Of a stretch of 64,000 nucleotides of DNA, positions 27,783 through 36,920 are shown piece by piece; position 1 is the stretch's first letter; every line of letters begins with the position of its first letter. The stretch spans positions 416,001 through 480,000 of the forward strand of contig JBFWNL010000002.1 of assembly GCA_050251055.1 (NCBI GenBank), written 5' to 3'. The notes under the pieces are model-generated. The model had not been told where the DNA came from, ran no database searches, and was given only the letters and a program-made list of their open reading frames with translations. The position numbers and the translations under genes are program-made. The stretch is from Bacteriovoracia bacterium. Its GTDB lineage: Bacteria > Bdellovibrionota > UBA1018 > JBFWNL01.

Positions 27783-30116
27783 ATGAAACGTGACCAAGGC
27801 GGTTTCAGCTTACTGGAAGTGATGGTGGGCATGGGGGTAGCCACGGCGCTCTCCCTCGGGGTAGCCGGAGTCATCTCCTCTACGGCCAAACAAACCAAGA
27901 TCGTCGACAACCGCTCACGCGCCGCCCTCGCTTCGAACTCAATCCAGCAGATGCTCGGCAACGCTTCGGTCTGCGCCCATGCCTTCCGCCGGGTCGACCA
28001 TGCCTCCTCCGAGCCCGCCCGCGTGAACCTCACCGACCAGCCCCTGCCCTACACGGAGAGCGCGGAAGGCGCGCACGCCAAGGTCGAGGGCGCCGTTGGC
28101 GTACCGCAAGGGAACTTGGCGTTTCAAGCCATTTACCTAGGCCCCTCGCGCGTGGCATCGTTTGGGGCGCTCCTACCGGATACCTCCACTTTAAAAGTCG
28201 AAGAACTCCAATTCGTGCGTCTCGATTCTCCCAGCCCAACCCCTGGGGGAGGAGCGTTCATCACGCCGTTTGAACTGCGGCTGACCGTCTCCTCCCCCAG
28301 CCCCCAAGGGGCCACCAAATATAAATATTTTTTGAACGTCGAAACCCTTAGAGCCGATGGCCTGGAGCCGATCCGAGGATGTTCGATCCAAAACGGAATC
28401 GCGGGTAGCGGTAGCGGCACGCCCGGACGCTTGGCCAAGTGGGCCAACGCCACGACTCTCACCGATAGCGTCGTCCACGAACGTAACGGTAACATCGGGA
28501 TCGGAACCACCAATCCCGACACGGCGCTCACGATTGGCAGCTACCGAAGCACCGATCGTCTGCGCGTCAACACCAGCGACCTAGGTTTGTTGGTCGAAGT
28601 GAAGAATCCCAGTTCTCCCACCGAAGCGGATGTTGCGCAGCTCTTCGCCGGTATCCTGGAAAAAAACACTCTGGTCACCGGCGACCGCGCGCAGCTGCGG
28701 TTGGGCTTCAAGGCCAATAACGATGGAACGCCGGGAGATCTCCGAACCTTCGCGGCCGTGGAAGGCGTGGCGGAAAACGCCCAAGGCGCCACCCGCCGAA
28801 CGGGCCTGCGGTTACTCACCTCCGACACCGGTCACTCGCAGGCGCAGGAGCGCCTTCGCATCAGCGGCGCGGGGAAGGTGGGTATCGGCACGGCGGCGCC
28901 GCAGGAAGCCTTACAGATCGGACCCGAATGGACGTTTCGCGACGGCTACGGCGCGGGCAAATGGATCGTCTTCAACGGATTCTGGGAAGGCAGCAAATGG
29001 CAGTATCTAACTACGAATCCGATGTCGTTCCTGCACTTCGGTTACGACGGAAAAATCTCGTTCGGAGCGAACCCGACCGCGCCGGCGGGTAGCCAGACGA
29101 CCACTCCCCCAAAACACCTCACGATCGCCAACGACGGCAATATCGGCATCGGCACGGACAACCCCGCGGACCGCCTGGTGGTGCGAGGGCCGGCGCCTTC
29201 GCTGCGCGTGATCGATTCGGGCGCGGCGGCGGATTATGCGCAAGTGGGCGCAATTAGCGGCGCGGTAAGCGTACTTTACGGCGCCAACGCCGCGGCCTCC
29301 GGCGGGTACGGATACGTAGGCACCCAGACGAATCACCCGCTACGTTTTTACACCAATGCCGGGGCGGCCGGAGCGCCCGCCCTGACTATCACCAACAACG
29401 GCCTGATCGGCGTCGGCTCGTCGACACCGACCGAGAAGCTCGAAATCCTCGCGGGCGACCTCGCCATGAGCAACAACACCTCCATTCGTATGCGCGATAA
29501 CACGGGAACCAAGCGGGCCGCCTTGAGCTACACCTACGCCAACAACCTGCAGCTATTCAATCGGGCGGCGACCGGCGACGTGCAAATCGGCAACACGAAC
29601 AACCCCTCCGGCGAAGTGCACTTTTACACTGCGTCGACGAATGGCTCCGGGATCGAGGTACGTCGGGCCACCATCGGTGCCCAGGGCCTCACTCTCGTCA
29701 ACAACGGCAAAATTTACGTGGACAACATCCAGATTTGCTCCATCGCCGGTTGCACATCGAGTTCGGACCGCCGCCTGAAGGAAAACATCACCTCGTTAGA
29801 CGCCGACGAGTCGCTGGCGAAAATCCTCGGCCTGCAAGGGGTGACATACGACTGGAAAGATCGGGCTCGCTTCGGGGCCTCCCGTCAAATCGGCCTCATC
29901 GCCCAGGAAGTAGAGCGCATCTATCCCGAGGCCGTGGTGACGAATGAAAAAACGGGGTTGAAATCCATCGCCTACGATCACCTCGTGGCGCCCTTGATCG
30001 AGGCGGTCAAGGCCCTTTACGAGAAACTGGGCGGACGCTTGGAAAAGCTGGAGCGCGAGAACGCCGAGCTCAAAGCGCGGCTGGCACGAGTCGAAGCCGC
30101 GCTGGCGAAACGATAA
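27783..30116 (+). CDS. prepilin-type N-terminus fused to tail-fibre-like repeats and a peptidase S74 chaperone domain
   Basis: G|FSLLEVM N-methylation motif; four GNIGIGT-type repeats; SSDRRLKENI, IGLIAQEVE..YPEAV, coiled-coil end. Confidence 0.88.
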   Translation: MKRDQGGFSLLEVMVGMGVATALSLGVAGVISSTAKQTKIVDNRSRAALASNSIQQMLGNASVCAHAFRRVDHASSEPARVNLTDQPLPYTESAEGAHAKVEGAVGVPQGNLAFQAIYLGPSRVASFGALLPDTSTLKVEELQFVRLDSPSPTPGGGAFITPFELRLTVSSPSPQGATKYKYFLNVETLRADGLEPIRGCSIQNGIAGSGSGTPGRLAKWANATTLTDSVVHERNGNIGIGTTNPDTALTIGSYRSTDRLRVNTSDLGLLVEVKNPSSPTEADVAQLFAGILEKNTLVTGDRAQLRLGFKANNDGTPGDLRTFAAVEGVAENAQGATRRTGLRLLTSDTGHSQAQERLRISGAGKVGIGTAAPQEALQIGPEWTFRDGYGAGKWIVFNGFWEGSKWQYLTTNPMSFLHFGYDGKISFGANPTAPAGSQTTTPPKHLTIANDGNIGIGTDNPADRLVVRGPAPSLRVIDSGAAADYAQVGAISGAVSVLYGANAAASGGYGYVGTQTNHPLRFYTNAGAAGAPALTITNNGLIGVGSSTPTEKLEILAGDLAMSNNTSIRMRDNTGTKRAALSYTYANNLQLFNRAATGDVQIGNTNNPSGEVHFYTASTNGSGIEVRRATIGAQGLTLVNNGKIYVDNIQICSIAGCTSSSDRRLKENITSLDADESLAKILGLQGVTYDWKDRARFGASRQIGLIAQEVERIYPEAVVTNEKTGLKSIAYDHLVAPLIEAVKALYEKLGGRLEKLERENAELKARLARVEAALAKR

Positions 30117-30152
30117 GCCGCGCGGGGCCCAGCTCCCAGCTGGCCTAAAGCC

Positions 30153-30170
30153 GTTTACTAGGTGTTTTCT
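30153..30170 (-). promoter_or_regulatory. candidate operator 2 (inverted orientation, upstream of the regulator)
   Basis: minus strand AGAAAAC-ACCT-AGTAAAC. Confidence 0.5.
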
Positions 30171-30228
30171 GCATCCATAAAACCGTGTCCTGGATGACGC
30201 ATTTTAGCCGGAAAAGAGGGCAGATATA

Positions 30229-31128
30229 ATGTCTCTAAGGGGCCAATTCTTGAAAAAAAATTCCGTCCAGGAAAAATCCGCCCGCGGGCCGGTGATCTAC
30301 CAGTATCAAGACTACCGGGCTTTTCTCCGCGATTACTACCGGCACATGAAGCTGCTGCGGCCGGAGTTCTCCTTCCGCTTCCTCGCCAAACGAGGCGGCT
30401 TCAAGTCCTCCGCGATGTACAAGCTCGTAATGGAAGGGAAACGCAACCTCTCGCCGCGGGGGGCGACGAAGATCGCGCGGGCACTGAACCTCGGGCGACG
30501 CGAGTCGGATTTTTTCAAAAACCTCGTGAACTTCAACCAGTCCAAAACACCGCTACAACGGGAGCACTTCGCGGGCGAGCTCCTCGAAAGCGAAAAATAC
30601 AAGCAAACGCATCCGCTGAACGAAGCGCATTTCAACTATTTCTCGCGCTGGTTCTCGATCCCAATCCGGGAGATGGTCGGCGCCCAGGGTTTCCGCGACG
30701 ATCCGAACTTCATCGCCAAGCAGCTGATTCCCGCCATCGCCACCCATGACGCCAAGAAAGCCTTGAGCGAGCTGCAGGCGCTGGGGATCTTGGCGCGCAA
30801 TCCCGACACCGGCCGGCTCAAGCACAACACGTATTCGATCCTGACCCAAGACGAGGTGACTTCTTCCTACGCCGCGCAATTTCACCGCGAAATGATCCGG
30901 CTTGCGGGCGAAGCGATCGATCGCATCCCCAAGCCAGATCGTGACATTTCCGCCGCCACCTTCCTGCTGTCGGAAGAGGCCGCCCGCCAGTTCAAAGAAA
31001 CGATCCGCGCCATGCGCGACAAGCTCATGGACATCGTCGCCCACGACGACCGCAAGTCGCCGCGGGTCTATCAGGTGAATTTTCAGTTTTTTCCGCTCAG
31101 CCATGTCTTTCCGGAGGGCGAAGAATGA
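30229..31128 (+). CDS. TIGR02147 family (DUF4423) putative HTH regulator
   Basis: YQDYRAFLRDYY, FSFR..A...G, LVMEGKRNL, W...IRE, FHREMI, RDISAATF, VYQVNFQFFPLS. Confidence 0.9.
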   Translation: MSLRGQFLKKNSVQEKSARGPVIYQYQDYRAFLRDYYRHMKLLRPEFSFRFLAKRGGFKSSAMYKLVMEGKRNLSPRGATKIARALNLGRRESDFFKNLVNFNQSKTPLQREHFAGELLESEKYKQTHPLNEAHFNYFSRWFSIPIREMVGAQGFRDDPNFIAKQLIPAIATHDAKKALSELQALGILARNPDTGRLKHNTYSILTQDEVTSSYAAQFHREMIRLAGEAIDRIPKPDRDISAATFLLSEEAARQFKETIRAMRDKLMDIVAHDDRKSPRVYQVNFQFFPLSHVFPEGEE

Positions 31129-31673
31129 TGGTTGCTTTCGGGGTTTTTTCGAAGTGGCGCGGGGTCGGGCCGGCGATGCTCGTCCTCATCGGGCTCCTGT
31201 CCGGTTGCGCGGGCACCGACACCGTTCATACCGGAACGATCATCGGCAACCCCGTTGATCCGGACACCATTCCGCCATTGATTCACTCCGAAGTCTTGCG
31301 GCAAACCATCTGTGACCGCGTCATCGAATGCGGCGTTCCTAATATAGAAATGGAAGGATGCCTGCGGGGAGTGAATGGAACCCGCAAAACCGTGCCGCGC
31401 CTTGGCCTGTCTTCCGTCTTGTACTATGATTTCGGAGCCGTGGTGAAAAGCGAACGCCAGGGGTTTTTACGCGCCAACGAGGCCGCCGCCATTCACTGCC
31501 GAAAGGCGGTGGAACACACGAGCTGCGCGGAGATCCACAACCTAAAGATCCAGCATTTCGGGTATGAACCCCTCAATACGCTGCTCGAGGAAACCGACGG
31601 ATACTGCTTGAACTTCTTCAACTACCTGGGAGCGACGAATCCGTTCGGTGGCGCGACAGGGAACGGCCACTGA
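31125..31673 (+). CDS. cysteine-rich lipoprotein coupled to TIGR02147 gene
   Basis: ATGA overlap; lipobox LSGC; GTIIGNP; six further Cys. Confidence 0.75.
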   Translation: MMVAFGVFSKWRGVGPAMLVLIGLLSGCAGTDTVHTGTIIGNPVDPDTIPPLIHSEVLRQTICDRVIECGVPNIEMEGCLRGVNGTRKTVPRLGLSSVLYYDFGAVVKSERQGFLRANEAAAIHCRKAVEHTSCAEIHNLKIQHFGYEPLNTLLEETDGYCLNFFNYLGATNPFGGATGNGH

Positions 31674-31690
31674 GATGGCCACAGAAGATC

Positions 31691-31708
31691 AGTAAACAGT
31701 TTGCAAAC
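31691..31708 (+). promoter_or_regulatory. candidate operator 3
   Basis: AGTAAAC-AGTT-TGCAAAC, about 84 bp before ATG 31792. Confidence 0.45.
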
Positions 31709-31791
31709 AAAAACCACGAATCCAAGCTCTCCCCGCTCGATCTTCGTCCGCCGTATACGCTATTTTTAGGAACACCTAGAAGGAGTTCCCA

Positions 31792-32094
31792 ATGAAGAAA
31801 ACAATCGCTGGCATCCTCATGTTTTTAGCCTTAACCGGATCGACCATTTCCCTGAATGCTCCGTCGGCCCGTGCCGATGGCGGCGGGCTAGGTTGCGTCT
31901 ACTATCCAGCGGAAATTTTACCGCTTATCGAACAACTGGAAGAAGCTCACTTCATTTGTCTAATTGACTGCCGCAACGTTGCCGGGAACAACTACACGCT
32001 ATACGCTCAATGCTCCCAAGGCTGCCAACCGCTCGCAGATGCCTTAGCGGGTTATCAATGGACCGTGCGCAACTGCACGCCGATCTACAGATAA
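31792..32094 (+). CDS. small secreted cysteine-rich protein
   Basis: AAGGAG RBS; MKK signal peptide ending ARA; six Cys including two CxxxC. Confidence 0.75.
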   Translation: MKKTIAGILMFLALTGSTISLNAPSARADGGGLGCVYYPAEILPLIEQLEEAHFICLIDCRNVAGNNYTLYAQCSQGCQPLADALAGYQWTVRNCTPIYR

Positions 32095-32922
32095 CTAGAG
32101 CGGATCAATCAAAGTCATTTCCAAGGTCCAAGGATCTACGATCAGCTGATTGGGTTTCAGGCAACCCCGGTAACCCGTGCCGGTCGCAGGATCACGAAAG
32201 AAATAATATACCGGATTTAGGATCGGATCTTCCCGGGAGGACGGTTTCGACATCGCGTGGAAGTCCGGAAAAGCCGCCTGCATCTGGGCCACGAACTTCT
32301 CCGCTTGCTGGGTGTACTGCTGGCGCAGCAAGGCTCGCACCGCTTCCGGCACCTTCGGGTCAGCCAGCACATCTTGCAGAGATCTGCCGGCGACATACTC
32401 GATTTCGGTCGTGAGAGGTCGGGCACCTAGCTTGTACTCGGCCACTTTGAATACATCCGTCTTGAGCTTGATCCACTTCATGAGGGCGAAATCGTTTTTT
32501 TGGACCAGCGGAAGCTGCGCCGGATCGCCACCGGATCCCTCTCGAAAACGGTAGCGCTTGAGCACAATGGGCTCGCCCCCCTCTAAGCGGTGAGTAAGAA
32601 AAACCATGCCCGTCCCTCCCTCCCCCAGCAACGTGGCCCGGCCCTCGACGCCTGGGTAGTTGGAGATGCGGCCCGGCTTTCCCACGTGGACAGGAAAGAA
32701 ACCATCGGCTTGGTACCGGGCGGGGTCTAGGCCGAGGTAGTGCGCCAGTTGCTCGAAGCGCGCGCTCGCGTCACCCTTGCCTTCACCCCAGAGTGGACGC
32801 TGCAGGACCTCCAGCACACACTGGTACCAGGTTTTTTCGCTCGCGAGCGAACTTCCGCCTAGCGCGCTAGCACCGATGAGAAACCCTGCCAATATCCTGA
32901 CGCTCCGGCAACGGACCCGCAT
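32095..32922 (-). CDS. exported minimal protein-kinase-like protein
   Basis: GGAGG RBS; signal peptide; LGEGGTGMV, IVLK, EYVAGRSL, LKPNQL, LIDP. Confidence 0.65.
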   Translation of the reverse strand: MRVRCRSVRILAGFLIGASALGGSSLASEKTWYQCVLEVLQRPLWGEGKGDASARFEQLAHYLGLDPARYQADGFFPVHVGKPGRISNYPGVEGRATLLGEGGTGMVFLTHRLEGGEPIVLKRYRFREGSGGDPAQLPLVQKNDFALMKWIKLKTDVFKVAEYKLGARPLTTEIEYVAGRSLQDVLADPKVPEAVRALLRQQYTQQAEKFVAQMQAAFPDFHAMSKPSSREDPILNPVYYFFRDPATGTGYRGCLKPNQLIVDPWTLEMTLIDPL

Positions 32923-33008
32923 ACCTCCGTATCGGTGGGACTTGGCTAGAAATGGACCCTGACCGGCATTGAGCTAGATCACGCCTTGTGGCAGGATCGT
33001 CGGCGAAA

Positions 33009-34745
33009 ATGTACGAACTTCGGGACTACCAGCAAACGGCCGTCGATAACGCGGTCAAATACTTCCGGCAAAGCCGGGCACCGGCGGTCGTGGTTCTGCC
33101 CACGGGCGCCGGCAAGAGCCTGGTCATCGCCGAGCTCGCGCGCATCGCGAAGGGCCGCGTCTTGGTGCTCGCCCACGTCAAAGAGCTCGTCGAGCAGAAT
33201 CATGAGAAGTACGTGAGCTACGGAATGGCGGCCGGAGTTTTTTCCGCGAGCCTCGGAAAAAAAGACCGCGATCAGAAAGTCATCTTTGGCAACGTGCAGT
33301 CGGTGGCGCGGGCGCCGGACGACTTTTTCAAGGACTTCTCGCTACTGGTGATCGACGAGTGCCACCGCGTGGCGGATGATGGCGCCACCCAGTACCAGGC
33401 CATCATCCAAAAGCTAAGTGTCCGTAACCCCGGGCTCTGCGTCTTAGGATTGACCGCGACGCCGTATCGCCTGGGGCTGGGCTGGATTTACGAAATCGCC
33501 CAGACCGGCGAGCGCAAGACCGAACAGCCGCGGTTTTTCAAGCAGTGTGTTTTCGAGCTCCCGCTGACCTACATGATTAAAAACCGTTACCTCACGGTGC
33601 CGGTGAAGGTGGATATTCCGGTCACGAGCTACGATTTTTCCGAACTCTCCGAATCCGGCCGCATGTACACCGTGGCCGAGATTGAAGAGGTTTTGAAAAG
33701 CCAAAAACGGCTAACCCCGCTCATTATTCGCAACATCATCGACATCACCGAACGTTACGAACGCCAAGGGGTGATGATCTTCAGCGCGTCGGTGCGGCAT
33801 GCGGAGGAGATCTTGTCCTACCTCCCCGCGGAGCAAGCCCGCTTGGTGGTGGGCGACACGGATATGGCCGATCGGGCGCGAACGATCGCGGACTTCAAGG
33901 CGAAGAAATTCAAATACCTGGTGAATGTATCGGTGCTCACGACGGGCTTCGATGCCCCGCACGTGGACGTGATTGCGATCTTACGGCCCACCGAGTCCAA
34001 TAGCCTTTACCAGCAAATCGTGGGGCGGGGGCTGCGGCGCTCGAACGGCAAAAAAGACTGCTACATCCTGGACTACACCGGCATGGGCCACGACATCTAC
34101 GCGCCCGAGATCAGCGACAAGCGCCCCGCCAAGGACACCGTACCCGTTCATGTCCCTTGCCCCGAGTGCGGTTTCGACAACGTCTTCTGGGGCTACGCGG
34201 ATGCCGACGGGGAAGTGCTCGAACATTTCGGGCGCAAATGCCGCGGCACGACCGCCGATGCGTCGACCTACCTATTAAAACCCTGCGGTTTTCGGTTTCG
34301 CCTCAAACTCTGTCATAGCTGCGGGGCCGAAAACGACGTCACCGCAAGAACGTGCGAAAAATGCGCGGCGGCCCTGACGGATGCCGAGGCCAAGCTCAAG
34401 CAAGCGAAGCTTTCCAAAAACGCGCACGTGCTCACACCGGATCGCATCACCTTCGAGGAGCGCAAAGACAAAAACGCCAACTCCTACCTAGAAATCCGAT
34501 ATTACGATTACGACGCCCAGTACATCAGCGAGGCGCACTTCTTCAGCAACCCCTCCTCGATCAAGAAGTTCAACATCAACTTCTTGCGCTCGCATTTGCG
34601 ACGCCCGGAGCTCGCCTTCGATTTCCGCGACCCCTTGGACGTAATTAAATATCAACGGCTATTCCGGCTGCCGGCGTTCGTGATCGCACGCAAGCAAGGG
34701 CCCTATTGGAAGATTACCGAGAAGGTTTTTGCCGAGGAGCTATAA
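33009..34745 (+). CDS. radD: RadD/YejH-like superfamily 2 helicase
   Basis: [32 protein letters not shown], CxxC zinc fingers. Confidence 0.9.
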   Translation: MYELRDYQQTAVDNAVKYFRQSRAPAVVVLPTGAGKSLVIAELARIAKGRVLVLAHVKELVEQNHEKYVSYGMAAGVFSASLGKKDRDQKVIFGNVQSVARAPDDFFKDFSLLVIDECHRVADDGATQYQAIIQKLSVRNPGLCVLGLTATPYRLGLGWIYEIAQTGERKTEQPRFFKQCVFELPLTYMIKNRYLTVPVKVDIPVTSYDFSELSESGRMYTVAEIEEVLKSQKRLTPLIIRNIIDITERYERQGVMIFSASVRHAEEILSYLPAEQARLVVGDTDMADRARTIADFKAKKFKYLVNVSVLTTGFDAPHVDVIAILRPTESNSLYQQIVGRGLRRSNGKKDCYILDYTGMGHDIYAPEISDKRPAKDTVPVHVPCPECGFDNVFWGYADADGEVLEHFGRKCRGTTADASTYLLKPCGFRFRLKLCHSCGAENDVTARTCEKCAAALTDAEAKLKQAKLSKNAHVLTPDRITFEERKDKNANSYLEIRYYDYDAQYISEAHFFSNPSSIKKFNINFLRSHLRRPELAFDFRDPLDVIKYQRLFRLPAFVIARKQGPYWKITEKVFAEEL

Positions 34746-34761
34746 CCGGGCGGCGGACGCC

Positions 34762-35805
34762 TCAGTTAGGCGGCAGCATCACTTCGTACAATAGTTCGAG
34801 AAGCAGAGTTTCGATATCGGCGAGGAACTCCGACTTAAGCGCGTGCTTCCCCCCGGTGAGATGGACTGGGTTGTTGGCCAACGCCCGAATTTTTTCGCGT
34901 AGACCTTTCCAATCTGGGATCGGCCCCCCGCCCACCTGGGTTTTCTTCAGGATCGCGTAGGCGATTGCCACTTCCATGGATCGCCAATCTTGATCCGAAT
35001 CCGAGTCCCATTTTCCGATCCCGCGATCTCTGATCTCTTTGATCAAAGGATTCCAGCCACCGCTGGTAATGCCCCAGCTCACGTTGGTGGGGATATCCCG
35101 AAGCAAGTAGGCCGCTTCCGCGATGTTGAACGTGCCGGTATAATTATTCACATAGTTTCTAAGATTAGAGAGCTGGGATGAGGGAGAATCGGAAAGCTTT
35201 TTGATCAGGGCCAGCTCGGGGTTGATGATCAATTGCTCGTAGGAAACGGTTTGGGTCCGCTCCTTAAGTACCAGTACGAGATCATGAAGTTTCGCCATTC
35301 CTTCAAGATGGATCTGCCAGTCCCTACCGTCGTTCACCTGGCTAGCGTTAAGTCGGAGCAATACCGGGCTTTCCGCGTCAAAGGTCACGGTTCCCGCGGA
35401 AGGGATCGGCTGGTCCGCTACGGACAGCGGTCCTTCTACTAAGGCATCGCCCACGGTCAGCCTCACGGACCCGCCCGCGTCGGCAAAACTCGCCGAGATT
35501 AGGAGACCACTCACTTCAAAGGCATGCGAGCGCACGTCAGCGCAATCCGCGCCCACCGCGGACGAAAAGATCTTACTCAAGTAGATCACCTTTTCGCGTC
35601 CAGCCCGACGAATGTGCCCCGCGCGCGAGCCACCACTCTCGGAGTTTCGTTCGAACATGGCATCGACCGGAAACTGGTTAGGCTTCAGTTGGCAAACCCG
35701 AACCTGATCAGCGGCTAAAACAACCCCAAGCGGAGCGCCAAAAACCCAGCTAAGTACCAGGCAAGAAGTCCATTTCCCAAAAATACTACCTGCGCGCGGA
35801 TGCAT
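34762..35805 (-). CDS. hypothetical secreted protein
   Basis: 347-aa ORF, AAGGAG RBS, N-terminal hydrophobic segment. Confidence 0.65.
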   Translation of the reverse strand: MHPRAGSIFGKWTSCLVLSWVFGAPLGVVLAADQVRVCQLKPNQFPVDAMFERNSESGGSRAGHIRRAGREKVIYLSKIFSSAVGADCADVRSHAFEVSGLLISASFADAGGSVRLTVGDALVEGPLSVADQPIPSAGTVTFDAESPVLLRLNASQVNDGRDWQIHLEGMAKLHDLVLVLKERTQTVSYEQLIINPELALIKKLSDSPSSQLSNLRNYVNNYTGTFNIAEAAYLLRDIPTNVSWGITSGGWNPLIKEIRDRGIGKWDSDSDQDWRSMEVAIAYAILKKTQVGGGPIPDWKGLREKIRALANNPVHLTGGKHALKSEFLADIETLLLELLYEVMLPPN

Positions 35806-35910
35806 GCAAAACTCCTTAAGTTTTTAACGCTATGCGTTATAACGTAATCCAGGAGAACTCGCAAGCACGCTCGGGCGAGAGATGCCTAAACCCCTAGGAA
35901 TATGGAGGAT

Positions 35911-36339
35911 TCAACTGTGACTGGCGAACATCCACTGAAACCCATAACGATCTTTGAGGACGCCAAACTTGCCCCCCCAGGGGGCGTCAAAGAGCGCATG
36001 AATCACTTGTCCACCCTCCGAAAGCGTCTTAAACAGGCGCAAAAGCTCCGGTTCAGGGGCGCCGATCGCAAGCTGAATGCTGGCGGCACCGAGGAGGGCA
36101 GGATCCTCGGGCTCGTTGGGATTCCCGTCTGAGCCAAACAGTACAAAGTCGCCGTACTTCAGCGATGCGTGCATCACCAGATCGCGATGAGCCTGCGGAC
36201 ACGCCTCGCCTTGCATTTCGCCGAAGGTCGTCAAGTGAAGCTCTCCGCCAATAGCTCGCTGATAAAAGCTCATGGCTTCCTTGGTCTTGCCGTTAAGAAA
36301 CAGATAAGGGGTCAAGGTGGTCTTGGTGATCGCGGGCAT
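35911..36339 (-). CDS. VOC/PhnB family protein
   Basis: PYLFLNG, VMHASL, WGGKFG.LKDRYGFQW. Confidence 0.9.
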   Translation of the reverse strand: MPAITKTTLTPYLFLNGKTKEAMSFYQRAIGGELHLTTFGEMQGEACPQAHRDLVMHASLKYGDFVLFGSDGNPNEPEDPALLGAASIQLAIGAPEPELLRLFKTLSEGGQVIHALFDAPWGGKFGVLKDRYGFQWMFASHS

Positions 36340-36366
36340 GTTTACTCCTAAGGTTAATTCTAGAGA

Positions 36367-36777
36367 TCAATTTGAAGTCGAACGGGAAAGAATACTGCGC
36401 GCTCGCGCGTCTCGTAAGTAAAGGCCCACCCAGATCAAGGCGGCGACGTAAATAGGAAACAACGTGTGGGTGAAGAGCGGATTGCTGACCCGTACGTGGC
36501 TCGCAATCGCCCCGCCCAGATAACCGGTGAGCAAAATAGCTCCCAGCACCGCGGATCGCGGAATGACGTATAGAAACGTGCAGACGAGGAGGATCGTCCC
36601 GACGAGGGGCATCTTCTCCATCGGCCACTGAAGCGCGGCGCCCGCCTCAATCGCTTCCGGCGGGAGCTTTTCCATGAAGAACTTCATGATGCCGTCCATC
36701 AACAGGAACAGAACCGCCACGCCACTCAGCGCGCGGCCAATCCAGAGGGTTCGCTTGGAAGTCGGTTGATGATTCAT
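36367..36777 (-). CDS. DoxX family membrane protein
   Basis: LY.IPR..VLGAILLTGYLGGAIASHVR. Confidence 0.9.
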   Translation of the reverse strand: MNHQPTSKRTLWIGRALSGVAVLFLLMDGIMKFFMEKLPPEAIEAGAALQWPMEKMPLVGTILLVCTFLYVIPRSAVLGAILLTGYLGGAIASHVRVSNPLFTHTLFPIYVAALIWVGLYLRDARARSILSRSTSN

Positions 36778-36821
36778 TTCGCTCTCCTGACTGAGTCGAT
36801 CACTTGCTATGCCTATATTTT

Positions 36822-36911
36822 ACATATCTATCGATATGTTGCAAATCATAATTAGCATCTATATCCATAAATTAATGTAAATAATTGGATTTATTAAATA
36901 TCGGTTGATAT
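36822..36911. promoter_or_regulatory. two TetR-type palindromic operators ATATC-N4-GATAT
   Basis: ACATATC-TATC-GATATGT (36822-36839) and ATATC-GGTT-GATAT (36898-36911) between divergent doxX and tetR. Confidence 0.7.
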
Positions 36912-36920
36912 ATTATTTTC

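Noticed and set aside
27783-30116. Prophage, suggested by the tail-fibre/S74 domain
   Set aside because: No capsid, terminase, portal or integrase genes; the protein has a host prepilin leader.
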